NCBI GenBank assembly: GCA_012523095.1
Contig: JAAYJE010000022.1
Location: 4,784 to 68,783 of the forward strand
DNA length: 64,000 bases
Reading direction: 5' to 3'
From: Actinomycetota bacterium
GTDB taxonomy: Bacteria; Actinomycetota; Thermoleophilia; RBG-16-64-13
This document shows positions 9,640 to 18,731 of the stretch, in pieces. The notes beneath the pieces were generated by a model. That model was not told the origin of the DNA. It did not search any database and saw only the letters and a list, made by a program, of their open reading frames with translations. The position numbers and the translations under genes were made by a program. Positions within the stretch are counted from its first letter, which is position 1. The number at the start of each line of letters is the position of its first letter.

Positions 9640-11391
9640 GTGCTAGTCTGGGGTGCGGGAAAGGAGCGTTTTGTGGCTATGAAAGCGATGATCCCGGTGA
9701 CGGGCTACATACCGCGGGCGCGTTCACGACGCAATCTGATCATCCTCGCGGCTTACGTGGTCTTCCTCGTCATCGTGGTATTGATCTACGCATGGGTGTT
9801 CCGTTACATGATGGCCGAGTACGAGAACGACCCCGGCCACACGTTCATCAACGGCATCTACTGGACCATAACCACGATGACCACCCTCGGATACGGGGAT
9901 ATCACCTTCACCTCCCCCGCCGGTCAGCTCTTCTCAGCGTTCGTGACGCTTTCGGGCTTCCTGTTCATCCTGATCCTGGTGCCCTTCGCGATCGTGAGCG
10001 TGATCTTCGGCCCCTGGCTGGAGAGCGTCCTACGGTACCGTCCTCGCATGAGACTCAAGCGGGGCGCCAAAGGCCACGTCGTGATCTGCGGCTGGGACTC
10101 AGTCACGGAAGCGCTCACGAAGAACCTGGTCGGGGCGGGTGTGCCCTATGTGGTGCTCATGCCCGATGTGGACGAGGTGCGCCGTCTTGATGAGGCGCGG
10201 ATCAATACGGCGTTGGGGACCCCCACCGACGCCGAAGCCCTGAAAAGGGTCCGGGTGGAAAACGCCAGGATGGTCGTCGGCAACATGAGCGACCCGGACA
10301 ACACCAACCTGGTGCTCACCGTCGCTTCGATATGCCCCACCCCCGTGACCGCTGTGGTCACCGAGCCCGAAAGGAAGGAGTTGCTGGCCATTGCCGGGGC
10401 CGCCCATGTCGTGCCTCTCAGAGAGACATTGGGCAACCACCTGGCGGTGCGGGCCACCACTCAAGGGGCCATGAGCCACGTGGTCGACGTCCTAGGCGAC
10501 CTTCTCTTCGCCGAGATGCCCTCCCACGGTACTCCGTTCGTCGGTCAGCCGCTCAAGGCGACGGGCATACGCACAAGCACCGGCGTATCCGTGATAGGGA
10601 TCTGGGAGCGGGGCCGCTTCTCCCTACCGGAAGCCGAGACCATCATCTCAGATGGGATGGTCATGCTGTTGGTGGGCACTGAGTCGAATCTGCGGGCCCT
10701 GGAGCAGATCACGGGAGAGCGCGCGGCGGACGATCTGGTGATCATCCTCGGATACGGTGCTGTTGGTAGAGCGGCGGCGGCGCTCCTGAAGCGCAGAGAC
10801 GTCCCCTATGTGATCGTTGACCGAGATATCTCGGAGGCGGCCGGCGGGCCGCACTTCTTCTTGGGAGACGCCAGCAAGCGAGATGTGCTCGAACGGGCGG
10901 GCATCACACAGGCCAAGGGCCTGATTGTCACCACCAACGACGACGGCACCAACGTGTTCCTCACCTTGGCCGGAAGGCACCTGAACCCCCACATCCGCAT
11001 AGTCGCCCGGGCCAACCGGGAGGAGAACGTAGAAGAGCTGTACGCCGCCGGGGCCGACTTCATCGTCTCGCACTCCTCCGTCGGGGCGAGCATCCTCTCG
11101 AACATCGTCCAGGGCAGGCAGAATGTGTTTCTAGCAGAGGGGATCCGCATCTTCTCAAGCCGGGTGCCCGACGCCCTGCACGGACGGACCCTTGCCGATT
11201 CGGGCGTGCGGGATCTCACCGGGGCCACCGTCGTGGCCATCCAGCTGGACCGCGACCGGATCGTGCTCGACCTGACCCCCGACACCGTCCTGGATCGCTC
11301 GACTTCACTCATCCTGGTCGGCGCCCCCGACTCGGAGGCGCTATTCTCAAAACGATTCGGCGAACGTAACAAACCCTGGAGAACCGCCTGA
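9640..11391 (+). CDS. Potassium channel (2TM pore with TLGYGD selectivity filter) fused to two TrkA-N/RCK domains
   Basis: TTMTTLGYGD filter, followed by two Rossmann-like RCK domains (GxGxxG-like VICGWD and ILGYGAVG). The start is uncertain: alternatives are GTG 9673 and ATG 9679 downstream of a GGAAAGGAG RBS. Confidence 0.8.
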   Translation: MLVWGAGKERFVAMKAMIPVTGYIPRARSRRNLIILAAYVVFLVIVVLIYAWVFRYMMAEYENDPGHTFINGIYWTITTMTTLGYGDITFTSPAGQLFSAFVTLSGFLFILILVPFAIVSVIFGPWLESVLRYRPRMRLKRGAKGHVVICGWDSVTEALTKNLVGAGVPYVVLMPDVDEVRRLDEARINTALGTPTDAEALKRVRVENARMVVGNMSDPDNTNLVLTVASICPTPVTAVVTEPERKELLAIAGAAHVVPLRETLGNHLAVRATTQGAMSHVVDVLGDLLFAEMPSHGTPFVGQPLKATGIRTSTGVSVIGIWERGRFSLPEAETIISDGMVMLLVGTESNLRALEQITGERAADDLVIILGYGAVGRAAAALLKRRDVPYVIVDRDISEAAGGPHFFLGDASKRDVLERAGITQAKGLIVTTNDDGTNVFLTLAGRHLNPHIRIVARANREENVEELYAAGADFIVSHSSVGASILSNIVQGRQNVFLAEGIRIFSSRVPDALHGRTLADSGVRDLTGATVVAIQLDRDRIVLDLTPDTVLDRSTSLILVGAPDSEALFSKRFGERNKPWRTA

Positions 11392-11477
11392 CACCTAAGC
11401 CGGCAGAGCGCCAAGAACCGGCGGCGCATCGAGGTCGCCCGGACGTCCGACGACGACCCGCTGTTCCCGCGATCCGC

Positions 11478-12059
11478 TCAAGACTCCTTGGATTCAAGCG
11501 CTTTGCCCACCGCGAAACCCCTGCCCAGGCTGTCGCCGAGAGCGTAGTACGTGTTGTCCGGTGAGGCCCAGGTGAAGGGCCGGACCAGTTCGGCTACGAC
11601 CTTTCCCTCCTCGTTCAGGCAGGCGCCATCCACCTTGACGTCCAGGATCTCCCCCACGAAGAGGGTGTGAAGTCCCAACTCGGCCACATGGACGATGTTA
11701 CATTCCAACACCATAGGGAACTCTTCTACGTAGGGCGCGTCCACCAGATCGGACCGCGCCGGCGTGAGGCCGGAGACGGCGAACTTGTCGACATCACGTC
11801 CTGAGGCGATGCCGAAATAGTCCGCGGCCACCACGTCGTCCCGGGAGGGCAGGCTGATTGTGAAGGCCTTCCGTCCCATCAGGTTCGCATATGTGTAGGT
11901 GGCCTTGCGAACAGCGATCGACACACACGGCGGCTTGGAACAGCAGATGCCTCCCCAGGCCACCGTCATAACATTGGGGCGGCCTTCTTGATCGTACGTG
12001 CCGACGACATAGACAGGGGCGGGGTAAACTATGGCTTTAGGTCCTATGGATGTCTTCAT
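11478..12059 (-). CDS. Flavin reductase-like (FMN-binding split barrel) family protein
   Basis: ORF 11478..12095, with the internal start MKTSIGPKA preferred. It shows the YPAPVYVVGT...PNVMTVAWGG pattern of the flavin reductase-like domain. Confidence 0.7.
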   Translation of the reverse strand: MKTSIGPKAIVYPAPVYVVGTYDQEGRPNVMTVAWGGICCSKPPCVSIAVRKATYTYANLMGRKAFTISLPSRDDVVAADYFGIASGRDVDKFAVSGLTPARSDLVDAPYVEEFPMVLECNIVHVAELGLHTLFVGEILDVKVDGACLNEEGKVVAELVRPFTWASPDNTYYALGDSLGRGFAVGKALESKES

Positions 12060-12168
12060 GCCGTCTCCTGCCAACGCTCTGATGGACGTGTTCATGGGCG
12101 AGTATCGAGGTGTATGGGCTAGAATACCAGGGGCGGCCCGTCATGCTACCGGAGGATGCCGAGACCCT

Positions 12169-12582
12169 ATGGAAACCAGGACTCTTTTCATCACCAGATC
12201 AGACCTCGAACGGCTCCAAGAGTTGCTTAACCAGCAGCGCGCCAAGCCAGGCGGTGGTGACTACCTGGCCAAACTGCAGGGCGAGCTCGACAAGGCCGAG
12301 GTCGTAGATCCCAAAGCGATACCCGCCGAAGTCGTCACCATGCGCTCAACGGTGGAGCTCACCGATCTCGATACCGGGGGCGTAGAAGTCTACGAACTCG
12401 TGTTTCCGGACGAGGCCGACCCTACCAAGAAGAAGATCTCCGTCCTCGCCCCCATTGGAACGGCCGTTCTCGGCTATCGAATGGGCGACGAGTTCGAGTG
12501 GAAGGTCCCGGCCGGCGTACGGAGGTTGCGGGTGACCAAGGTCCTCTACCAACCGGAAGCGGCGGGCGACTGGGATCTCTAG
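12169..12582 (+). CDS. rnk: GreA/GreB-family C-terminal domain protein (regulator of nucleoside diphosphate kinase Rnk-like)
   Basis: ORF 12031..12582, with the start moved to METRTLFI. A coiled N-terminal segment is followed by a GreA/B FKBP-like C-terminal domain. Confidence 0.7.
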   Translation: METRTLFITRSDLERLQELLNQQRAKPGGGDYLAKLQGELDKAEVVDPKAIPAEVVTMRSTVELTDLDTGGVEVYELVFPDEADPTKKKISVLAPIGTAVLGYRMGDEFEWKVPAGVRRLRVTKVLYQPEAAGDWDL

Positions 12583-12861
12583 CGGACCCCGCCCGCGTCG
12601 GTCATCAGGGTTTTCTGCGGATGGTTCACCCCACGCAAGACCGGGGCGGGCCGAGTGCCGATGGAGGGCGCCCGTTAATCGCTCCGCGGTGATCCGCTCG
12701 TTCTCAGATGCTCCGCCTGTGCCAGGCAAGATCTTCCGTCGATCGCGACCCCCAACAGATCCGACACCCATCGCGCTGCATCATAACCGGCGAGCAGCTA
12801 AAATGCACAGTTGCTGAATCGCTCGCGGAACAAACCGCATACACGGATAAAGGAACAGGAC

Positions 12862-14151
12862 ATGGCAGCCGCTTCGTCGTTCAACCCCTACACGATAGCG
12901 CAACAGCAGTTCGATCGGATCGCCGACATGCTCGAGTTGGACTCGGGGACTCGCGCGCTCCTACGAGAGCCGATTCGTGAGTACCAGTTCAGTATCCCCG
13001 TCCGCATGGACGACGGGCACGTAGAGGTTTTCCGGGGTTTTCGCGCGCAGCACAACGACGCTCTGGGGCCCTGCAAGGGTGGCATCCGCTTCCACCCTCA
13101 GGAGACGATCGACACCATAAGGGCTCTATCCATGTGGATGACCTGGAAGTGCTCGGTCGTCGACATCCCTCTTGGAGGAGCCAAGGGTGGCGTGATATGC
13201 GACCCACACGATCTGAGCGCCCGCGAACAGGAGGCCATCTGCCGCGGATGGGTGCGGCAACTGGCCCGAGTCGTCGGGCCGGTGATCGATGTACCCGCTC
13301 CCGACATCATGACCAGCGCCGACCACATGCTGTGGATGCTCGATGAGTTCGAGACCATCCACGGTGGACGCTACCCAGGCTTCATCACCGGCAAGCCGGT
13401 GGGTCTCGGCGGTTCTCTAGGCCGTAAAGAGGCCACGGGGTACGGGGTCGTGTTCGTGATGCGTGAGGCGTTCAAGGAGCTCGGGATAGACATCAGCCGC
13501 ACGACGGCCAGCGTCCAGGGCTTCGGCAATGTCGCTCAATACGCGGTGGAGCTCTACCGGCAGATGGGCGGTAAGGTGACCTGCATCTCGTGTTGGGACC
13601 AGCTCTCCTGCTCCGCGCATGCCTTCGTCAAGAAGGACGGAATCGACGTCGAGGATCTACGCTGCATCACTGATCGTTTTGGAGGAATCGACCAAGCTGA
13701 GGCCAAGGCCCGTGGATACGAGATGATCCCGGGAACGGAGTGGATCGCCCAAGACGTCGACATCCTTATACCGGCCGCTATGGAGAACCAGATAAGCGGA
13801 GACAACGTCCATGATATCTCCAAGCGTGTGAAACTGATCGCTGAGGGAGCCAACGGACCGACCGCCCCAGAGGCAGATCCCGCCCTCGCAGAGCGCGGGA
13901 TCGTGGTGCTGCCCGACTTCCTCACCAACGCCGGCGGCGTGACCTGCAGCTATTTTGAACAGGTCCAGAGCAACATGAACTACTACTGGCAAAGAGATGA
14001 GGTGCTCGAGAGACTCGACGCCAAGATGACGGCGGCATACCTCGCGGTGAGCGATCTTGCGAAGAGACGAAGCCTCTCGCTCCGTGATGCCGCATACGTC
14101 ATCGCTGTGGACCGGGTGGCCAAAGCCTGCCGGGACCGTGGTTGGGTCTGA
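12862..14151 (+). CDS. gdhA: Glutamate dehydrogenase (Glu/Leu/Phe/Val dehydrogenase family)
   Basis: The KGG catalytic motif (GPCKGGIRFHP) is present. The start was set at MAAASSF, 8 nt after an AAAGGA RBS. Confidence 0.88.
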   Translation: MAAASSFNPYTIAQQQFDRIADMLELDSGTRALLREPIREYQFSIPVRMDDGHVEVFRGFRAQHNDALGPCKGGIRFHPQETIDTIRALSMWMTWKCSVVDIPLGGAKGGVICDPHDLSAREQEAICRGWVRQLARVVGPVIDVPAPDIMTSADHMLWMLDEFETIHGGRYPGFITGKPVGLGGSLGRKEATGYGVVFVMREAFKELGIDISRTTASVQGFGNVAQYAVELYRQMGGKVTCISCWDQLSCSAHAFVKKDGIDVEDLRCITDRFGGIDQAEAKARGYEMIPGTEWIAQDVDILIPAAMENQISGDNVHDISKRVKLIAEGANGPTAPEADPALAERGIVVLPDFLTNAGGVTCSYFEQVQSNMNYYWQRDEVLERLDAKMTAAYLAVSDLAKRRSLSLRDAAYVIAVDRVAKACRDRGWV

Positions 14152-14172
14152 TGGTCTCATCAAGCAGCCGTG

Positions 14173-14463
14173 CTATTCGGCAACGTCCCGACCTTCGCCG
14201 CCGAGTATCCGTTCGGCGGCGTCGATGATCTCCTGTCTCATCTCTTCTTTGGACAGCTGCCGGCCCCAGACCTCCCATTCGCCCACCGACCCGCCGCGCC
14301 TCAGGCGGACGGGTCGCAACTCTTCCCATCGTGTCACGCGGTAGACCCTGCCCTCGTGCTGCACCACCCGCCCCACCTCCCATTCGGGGGAGCGAAACGA
14401 CGGTCGGTGCGTACGGAAGAGCGCTTTCTCCTTGCCCTTCGGCGAACCTCTCAGCCAGCTCAT
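14173..14463 (-). CDS. Hypothetical small protein (96 aa)
   Basis: ORF only. Its composition is protein-like, but no family was recognised. A plus-strand ORF in an alternative frame overlaps it. Confidence 0.3.
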   Translation of the reverse strand: MSWLRGSPKGKEKALFRTHRPSFRSPEWEVGRVVQHEGRVYRVTRWEELRPVRLRRGGSVGEWEVWGRQLSKEEMRQEIIDAAERILGGEGRDVAE

Positions 14464-14830
14464 CTCAGGCCGGTCCCAGAGCCTCCGTGCCTTTCCAAAC
14501 CCCGATCTGTAGAAGCTCCCATACGATCACAAACCTTGTCTGACATCTGATCGTCCGATCCATACTTCAAGGTGGTCCGCCCGCAACTCACCCGACGCGG
14601 CACCTCCATCCGGACCCCCTCAGAGCCGGTGAGTGGCCCGATGTTCACGTGACCGCCCCGGCACAGGCAGCGCAGGCGTAGCACTTAGAGTCGCGGTTCA
14701 AAGTGCATTTTGAGCACGTGGAGCCGACCCGGGCGCAGGAGTGTTGTCCAAACGCTGTAGGCCTTCGCATGTCTCCATCGAACACCATATCATTGCGAAC
14801 TCCTTCACACCCTCTGATCGGGAACCGTTC

Positions 14831-16234
14831 ATGCAGGAGGAATCGCGACGCGCGCGCAGCGTGCGGCGCGCTCACAGGCGTCGGCGCATCATCGCCGGCG
14901 GTGTCTTCGCCATAATGGTCTTGAGCGCCGCCGGCTACGTCGTGCACGCGTCGACGACCGGAGATGATCCAACCGCCGACGGCACTGAAGCCGGCGGTTC
15001 CAACTTCAACTCGACCACGAGAGGCGATACGCCCGCCCTCACCGTCCCGGATACGTCCCCGGCGGGCAGCGCGGGCCCGACCACCACCAACGAAGCTGCA
15101 GCCTTTTCCGGGGCCATCGACTCGCCCCCCCAGGAACTCACCATCACGGGCAACCCCGAGTTCATCAAGCTCAAGATCACCCTGCAGGACGGTACCGTCT
15201 TGACGGGGAAAACACCTTTCGCGGAGCAGGTCCCAGGAGGCAACATCCATGTCGAGTTCACCAAGGCAGGCTACAACACCACGAGTCGAGACCTGACCCT
15301 CGACGGACCTACTACTCTGAAGGTCTGGCTGGATCTGGAAGGACAGCTCTACGAGAGCCTGGTCCGCTTCAAGTGCGGAGCCAACCCCAAACAGGTGGCC
15401 TTCACTCCCGACGGCGAGGAATTGTGGGTCTCCCTGTTGGGAGGCTACGGACTCGAGGTCTACGAGCCGACCACAGGCGTGAGGTTGGGTGGAGTCAAGC
15501 TTGGTGAGCACGGTGCGGTGGAGGTCGTCTTCACCCGTGACGGACGAACCGTCTACGCCAGCCAGATGGAGACCGCCGCCGTCTACGAGATAGATCGGGC
15601 CACCCGCGCCATCAAACGCAAGTTCGACACCGGCGGTGACTGGACCAAGGTGGTCCTGTTGTCTCCGGACGAGAAGACCCTGTGGGCCTCCAACTGGGTG
15701 AGCAACAACGTCTCCGAGATCGACCTCGCCACGGGCAAGGCGGCTACGCTCTTAAGGACGGGAGGGGCCATGAGACATATGGTGGACGATGCCGCTCGAG
15801 GCCTGCTCTACGTGGACGACATGTCTACCGACGAGGTGTACGTAGTGGACCTCGACACCGACAAGGCCTCTAAGTTGGCCGACACCGACCGGCGGCCCAA
15901 CACCATGGACCTATCTCCCGACGGCCTACTGCTCTACGTATCCAACCGGGGCAAGGACAACCCCAAGACCTACTACCTCCCCGGCCCCGAATGGGGCACC
16001 GTCCTCGCTCTCGATACGGCCACGGGCAGGATCCTCGACGCCATCGTGGGCCGCAACCAGTGCACAGGGCTGGACGTGTCGCCCGACGGCTCCCTCTTGG
16101 CCTTTTCGAACTTCCTCGACAACCACATCGAGGTCTTCCGCATCCCCAGTTACGAGACCCTGCTGGCCGGCGGCGGCGGCCGGGCCGAGCAGCGCTTTGA
16201 GGATCGCGTCAAGGACCAACACGTCCTCCGTTAA
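14831..16234 (+). CDS. Membrane-anchored YVTN-family beta-propeller repeat protein with S/T/P-rich linker
   Basis: The start was set at MQEESRR. It has an Arg-rich cytoplasmic N-terminus, one TM helix, a Thr/Pro/Ser-rich linker, then repeated beta-propeller blades (LSPDG, VSPDG motifs). Confidence 0.65.
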   Translation: MQEESRRARSVRRAHRRRRIIAGGVFAIMVLSAAGYVVHASTTGDDPTADGTEAGGSNFNSTTRGDTPALTVPDTSPAGSAGPTTTNEAAAFSGAIDSPPQELTITGNPEFIKLKITLQDGTVLTGKTPFAEQVPGGNIHVEFTKAGYNTTSRDLTLDGPTTLKVWLDLEGQLYESLVRFKCGANPKQVAFTPDGEELWVSLLGGYGLEVYEPTTGVRLGGVKLGEHGAVEVVFTRDGRTVYASQMETAAVYEIDRATRAIKRKFDTGGDWTKVVLLSPDEKTLWASNWVSNNVSEIDLATGKAATLLRTGGAMRHMVDDAARGLLYVDDMSTDEVYVVDLDTDKASKLADTDRRPNTMDLSPDGLLLYVSNRGKDNPKTYYLPGPEWGTVLALDTATGRILDAIVGRNQCTGLDVSPDGSLLAFSNFLDNHIEVFRIPSYETLLAGGGGRAEQRFEDRVKDQHVLR

Positions 16235-16243
16235 CGCCCTCCG

Positions 16244-17893
16244 TCAGCTCAGCGGTATCTGGTACCCGCGGTCGAGCAGTCTCGACCTCACGGTCTCGTA
16301 AGGGACCTCGCTCAATCCGACACCCAGCTCAGCGGCCGTGATCACCATCATGGCGGCCGCTGCGCCCATGTTCGCCCTGCAGTGCTCCATGCGCACCGCG
16401 GAACAGTATGCAGCACTGTCGGTGGAGACTGCCGTCGACACCAGAAGGGCCGGGTGGCCGGCGGCTATCAGAGCCTCCATGGGCATATAGACGTAGCGCG
16501 TCGTCTCGATATGGGTGGGGTAGAAGGCGTCATGCCGGTCGTACTCGCAATAACAACCCACGGCGACCGGCTGACGGAGTGCCACGGAGCGAAGATCGTC
16601 CACTGTGTAGGTGTCGAGACCAACCACCCTGGGACCTTCGCGCACATACAACTTCTGCGGGATGGTGGCGACCCCCACCCGTGCGTATCCATTCTCCTGC
16701 AGGTATCGGGCCCGGTTGATCGTCCACTGCAACACCTGCTTGCGTATGTCGCCTCGCTTGTCGGGCTCGAACACCCACTGGAAGGCCCAGCCGATATCCG
16801 GATGGTCACTCCACGACTCGTTCAGTTCCCGCTTGTTCTTAGGAAGAACGGCGATCTTCATAGTCCAGCTGTTCGCGAAAGCGGCGACGTTCTTCGCGGC
16901 GAAGGTGGTGCCCGCGAACGAAGCCGGGTCGTAGTTGGGGTGTCGGAGATCGGCGACACGGGCCGCCTTTCCGGAGGAATACACCTGGAGCGTCAGCAAA
17001 GCTGAGAAGCGCTGAGGAGCGGTGACCCACCCGTTGTCCGAGCTCGGATAGGCAGGTCTGTTGCCCAGAACGTCATTGTAGACGTCCTCAGCGCGTCCGA
17101 TACGATAGTCGGCGCCCAGCATGCGGGCTAGGTCGGCTTCCACGCTGGCGTCGATGAAGTACTTGGTTCTCAGTCGTAGATCGCCGGCCCCCTCCACGCT
17201 GATGTCCACGTAACGGCCGTCGGACCCGTCATGCGCGTCCAGCAGCTTGGCCGAGTAGAATTGCACGTTGGGCAGGTTTGAGCCGGAGACGTAAGACCAC
17301 AGGATCTTCGCCGCCACTTCAGGCTCGTAAGTGAAGCGGCCGGTGCCGTTGGCCGCCTTCAGGCCGTGCAGAGAGTAGTAGCGCATCACCGTCTGGCGCC
17401 ATTCGCCGTAGAAACCGCCCGTGACGTGGCCGGCGTTCCGCACATCCTCCACGCTCAGACCCTGCGCCAGCGGAGTCTCCAGGAGATTGCCGCACGATAT
17501 AAGGGCCACCCGCAGCTGGGGCGCCCCCAGCGCCATTTCGCGCACCGCCGCCAGGCCGGAGGTCTGAGTGGCGTAGACCACCACATCAACATCGACGATA
17601 GGAAGTGCCTTCCCCACGCCGGCGGGATCGGGATCGACCTCGGCGACAGAGGCATCCGTGCCTCCTCCAGCCGTTTCGTGGGCAGCAGCCGAGACTCCTG
17701 TAGGAGCCCCGTTCGCCTTCGCCTGGACGGGAGAAGGATCATCCGCAGACACAGGACCGACGAGAGCCTGAGCTGAGAGGCCTAGAAGAGCATCGGATCT
17801 AGCCAAGGCCTCGGACTTAGAAGAGACCAGAGGCACCATCACTAGACAGAGAACGAGACCCGCCACTATCACCAGACCCAGGCGGCGGACCAT
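16244..17893 (-). CDS. Secreted/membrane-anchored FAD-dependent-oxidoreductase-like protein (PF12831-like) with degenerate dinucleotide-binding motif
   Basis: ORF 16244..17962, with the start MVRRLG preferred. It has an N-terminal signal/TM and an Ala/Pro-rich linker. DVDVVVYATQTSGLAAV sits where GxGxxG is expected. Confidence 0.6.
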   Translation of the reverse strand: MVRRLGLVIVAGLVLCLVMVPLVSSKSEALARSDALLGLSAQALVGPVSADDPSPVQAKANGAPTGVSAAAHETAGGGTDASVAEVDPDPAGVGKALPIVDVDVVVYATQTSGLAAVREMALGAPQLRVALISCGNLLETPLAQGLSVEDVRNAGHVTGGFYGEWRQTVMRYYSLHGLKAANGTGRFTYEPEVAAKILWSYVSGSNLPNVQFYSAKLLDAHDGSDGRYVDISVEGAGDLRLRTKYFIDASVEADLARMLGADYRIGRAEDVYNDVLGNRPAYPSSDNGWVTAPQRFSALLTLQVYSSGKAARVADLRHPNYDPASFAGTTFAAKNVAAFANSWTMKIAVLPKNKRELNESWSDHPDIGWAFQWVFEPDKRGDIRKQVLQWTINRARYLQENGYARVGVATIPQKLYVREGPRVVGLDTYTVDDLRSVALRQPVAVGCYCEYDRHDAFYPTHIETTRYVYMPMEALIAAGHPALLVSTAVSTDSAAYCSAVRMEHCRANMGAAAAMMVITAAELGVGLSEVPYETVRSRLLDRGYQIPLS

Positions 17894-17924
17894 CCCGCCC
17901 TCGCCTTGGCCTAGGCGGGCTATT

Positions 17925-18389
17925 TTAGATACGACCTTCCTCACGCAGCCTCCTAGAGTCATTCAATACGGTGGCCGCGTGCCCCTTGGCGCCCACCCGT
18001 TGATAGGCTAACAGAACGTCTCCGTCCTTGCCGACGAGGACGGTATCACGCTCATGTGAACTCTCAGGTCCGCCCTTCAGCGTTCCGAAGGCCTGCCCGA
18101 TCGCCCTGTCTCGGTCGCTTACGAATGGGAACCGCAGATCGTATTTGTCCCGGAACTTCTGCAACCGGGCCACCGAGTCTACCGAAGCGCCGACTATCCT
18201 CACCCCCAGTGTCTCGAACTCCGGCACCAATCGGTTGAACTCAACCGCTTCCACTGTTCACCCCGGGGTCAGTGCCCGAGGAAAGAAGTACAGCACTACC
18301 GGTCCCGATTCGAGCAGTGCCCCGAGATCGACGTCACCGTCACTTCCGGACGCTACAAACAGCGGCGCTTTGTCACCTACCGCCAGCAT
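17925..18389 (-). CDS. BCP/PrxQ-type peroxiredoxin with in-frame TGA (candidate selenocysteine) at the peroxidatic Cys position
   Basis: ATG at 18389 (RBS GGAGGTG 6 nt upstream) encodes MLAVGDKAPLFVASG...VVLYFFPRALTPG. An in-frame TGA follows at 18260..18258, then TVEAVEFNRL... through to the stop at 17925. The ORF track shows only the part after the TGA (17925..18254). In Cys homologues this position is the catalytic C of the FYPKDDTPGC motif. Total 154 codons. Confidence 0.6.
18229..18250 (-). ncRNA. Candidate bacterial SECIS hairpin within the peroxiredoxin coding region
   Basis: mRNA AAGCGGUUGAGUUCAACCGAUU starts 8-11 nt after the UGA. The CGGUUGA/UCAACCG stem has a GU-containing apical loop, matching the spacing (about 11 nt) and loop features of E. 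coli fdhF-type SECIS elements. Confidence 0.4.
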
Positions 18390-18405
18390 CACTGCACCTC
18401 CTCGG

Positions 18406-18711
18406 TCACGCCTCTCTCCTACGCGGCTCAATAGGTCCGTGGATGCTCTCGTACTTCCTCAGGTTATCCGCCAGCGCCTCGACGATGTGCTTCATGTGAG
18501 CGGGGCCGGTCACCACCCGCGCGACCACCTGTCCACCCGGGCCCATGACCATGGCGAAGTCCATCACGAACTCACCGGCCGTATGATGGACCATCATGGT
18601 GTTGCAGTAGACGCCCCCTGCTATCGTCTCGGGTACCCGCAGCTTCAGTTCGCGCTGCTTGCGACCGCCGCCGCCGTTCCCCGGCGTCCTCTGCGGGTTC
18701 GTCGTCGCCAT
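18406..18711 (-). CDS. DUF3467-family protein (function unknown)
   Basis: 101 aa with the GGVY.N...EFVMDF pattern typical of DUF3467. An AGGAGGAGG RBS precedes it. Its stop is 16 nt upstream of the peroxiredoxin ATG. Confidence 0.6.
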   Translation of the reverse strand: MATTNPQRTPGNGGGGRKQRELKLRVPETIAGGVYCNTMMVHHTAGEFVMDFAMVMGPGGQVVARVVTGPAHMKHIVEALADNLRKYESIHGPIEPRRREA

Positions 18712-18731
18712 GATCCTCCTCCTAACCGGCG

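Noticed and set aside
14645-15511. 288-aa minus-strand ORF.
   Set aside because: It is antisense to the YVTN beta-propeller gene, which shows repeated propeller motifs. There is no independent support.
17925-18254. Treating the peroxiredoxin as an N-terminally truncated pseudogene or fragment, as called by the ORF track.
   Set aside because: The upstream 43 codons are in the same frame with a proper RBS and ATG, and they encode exactly the missing Prx N-terminus. The single interrupting codon is a TGA at the catalytic Cys position, followed by a SECIS-like hairpin. Selenocysteine recoding explains this better than decay. A pseudogene remains the formal alternative (see finding 1).
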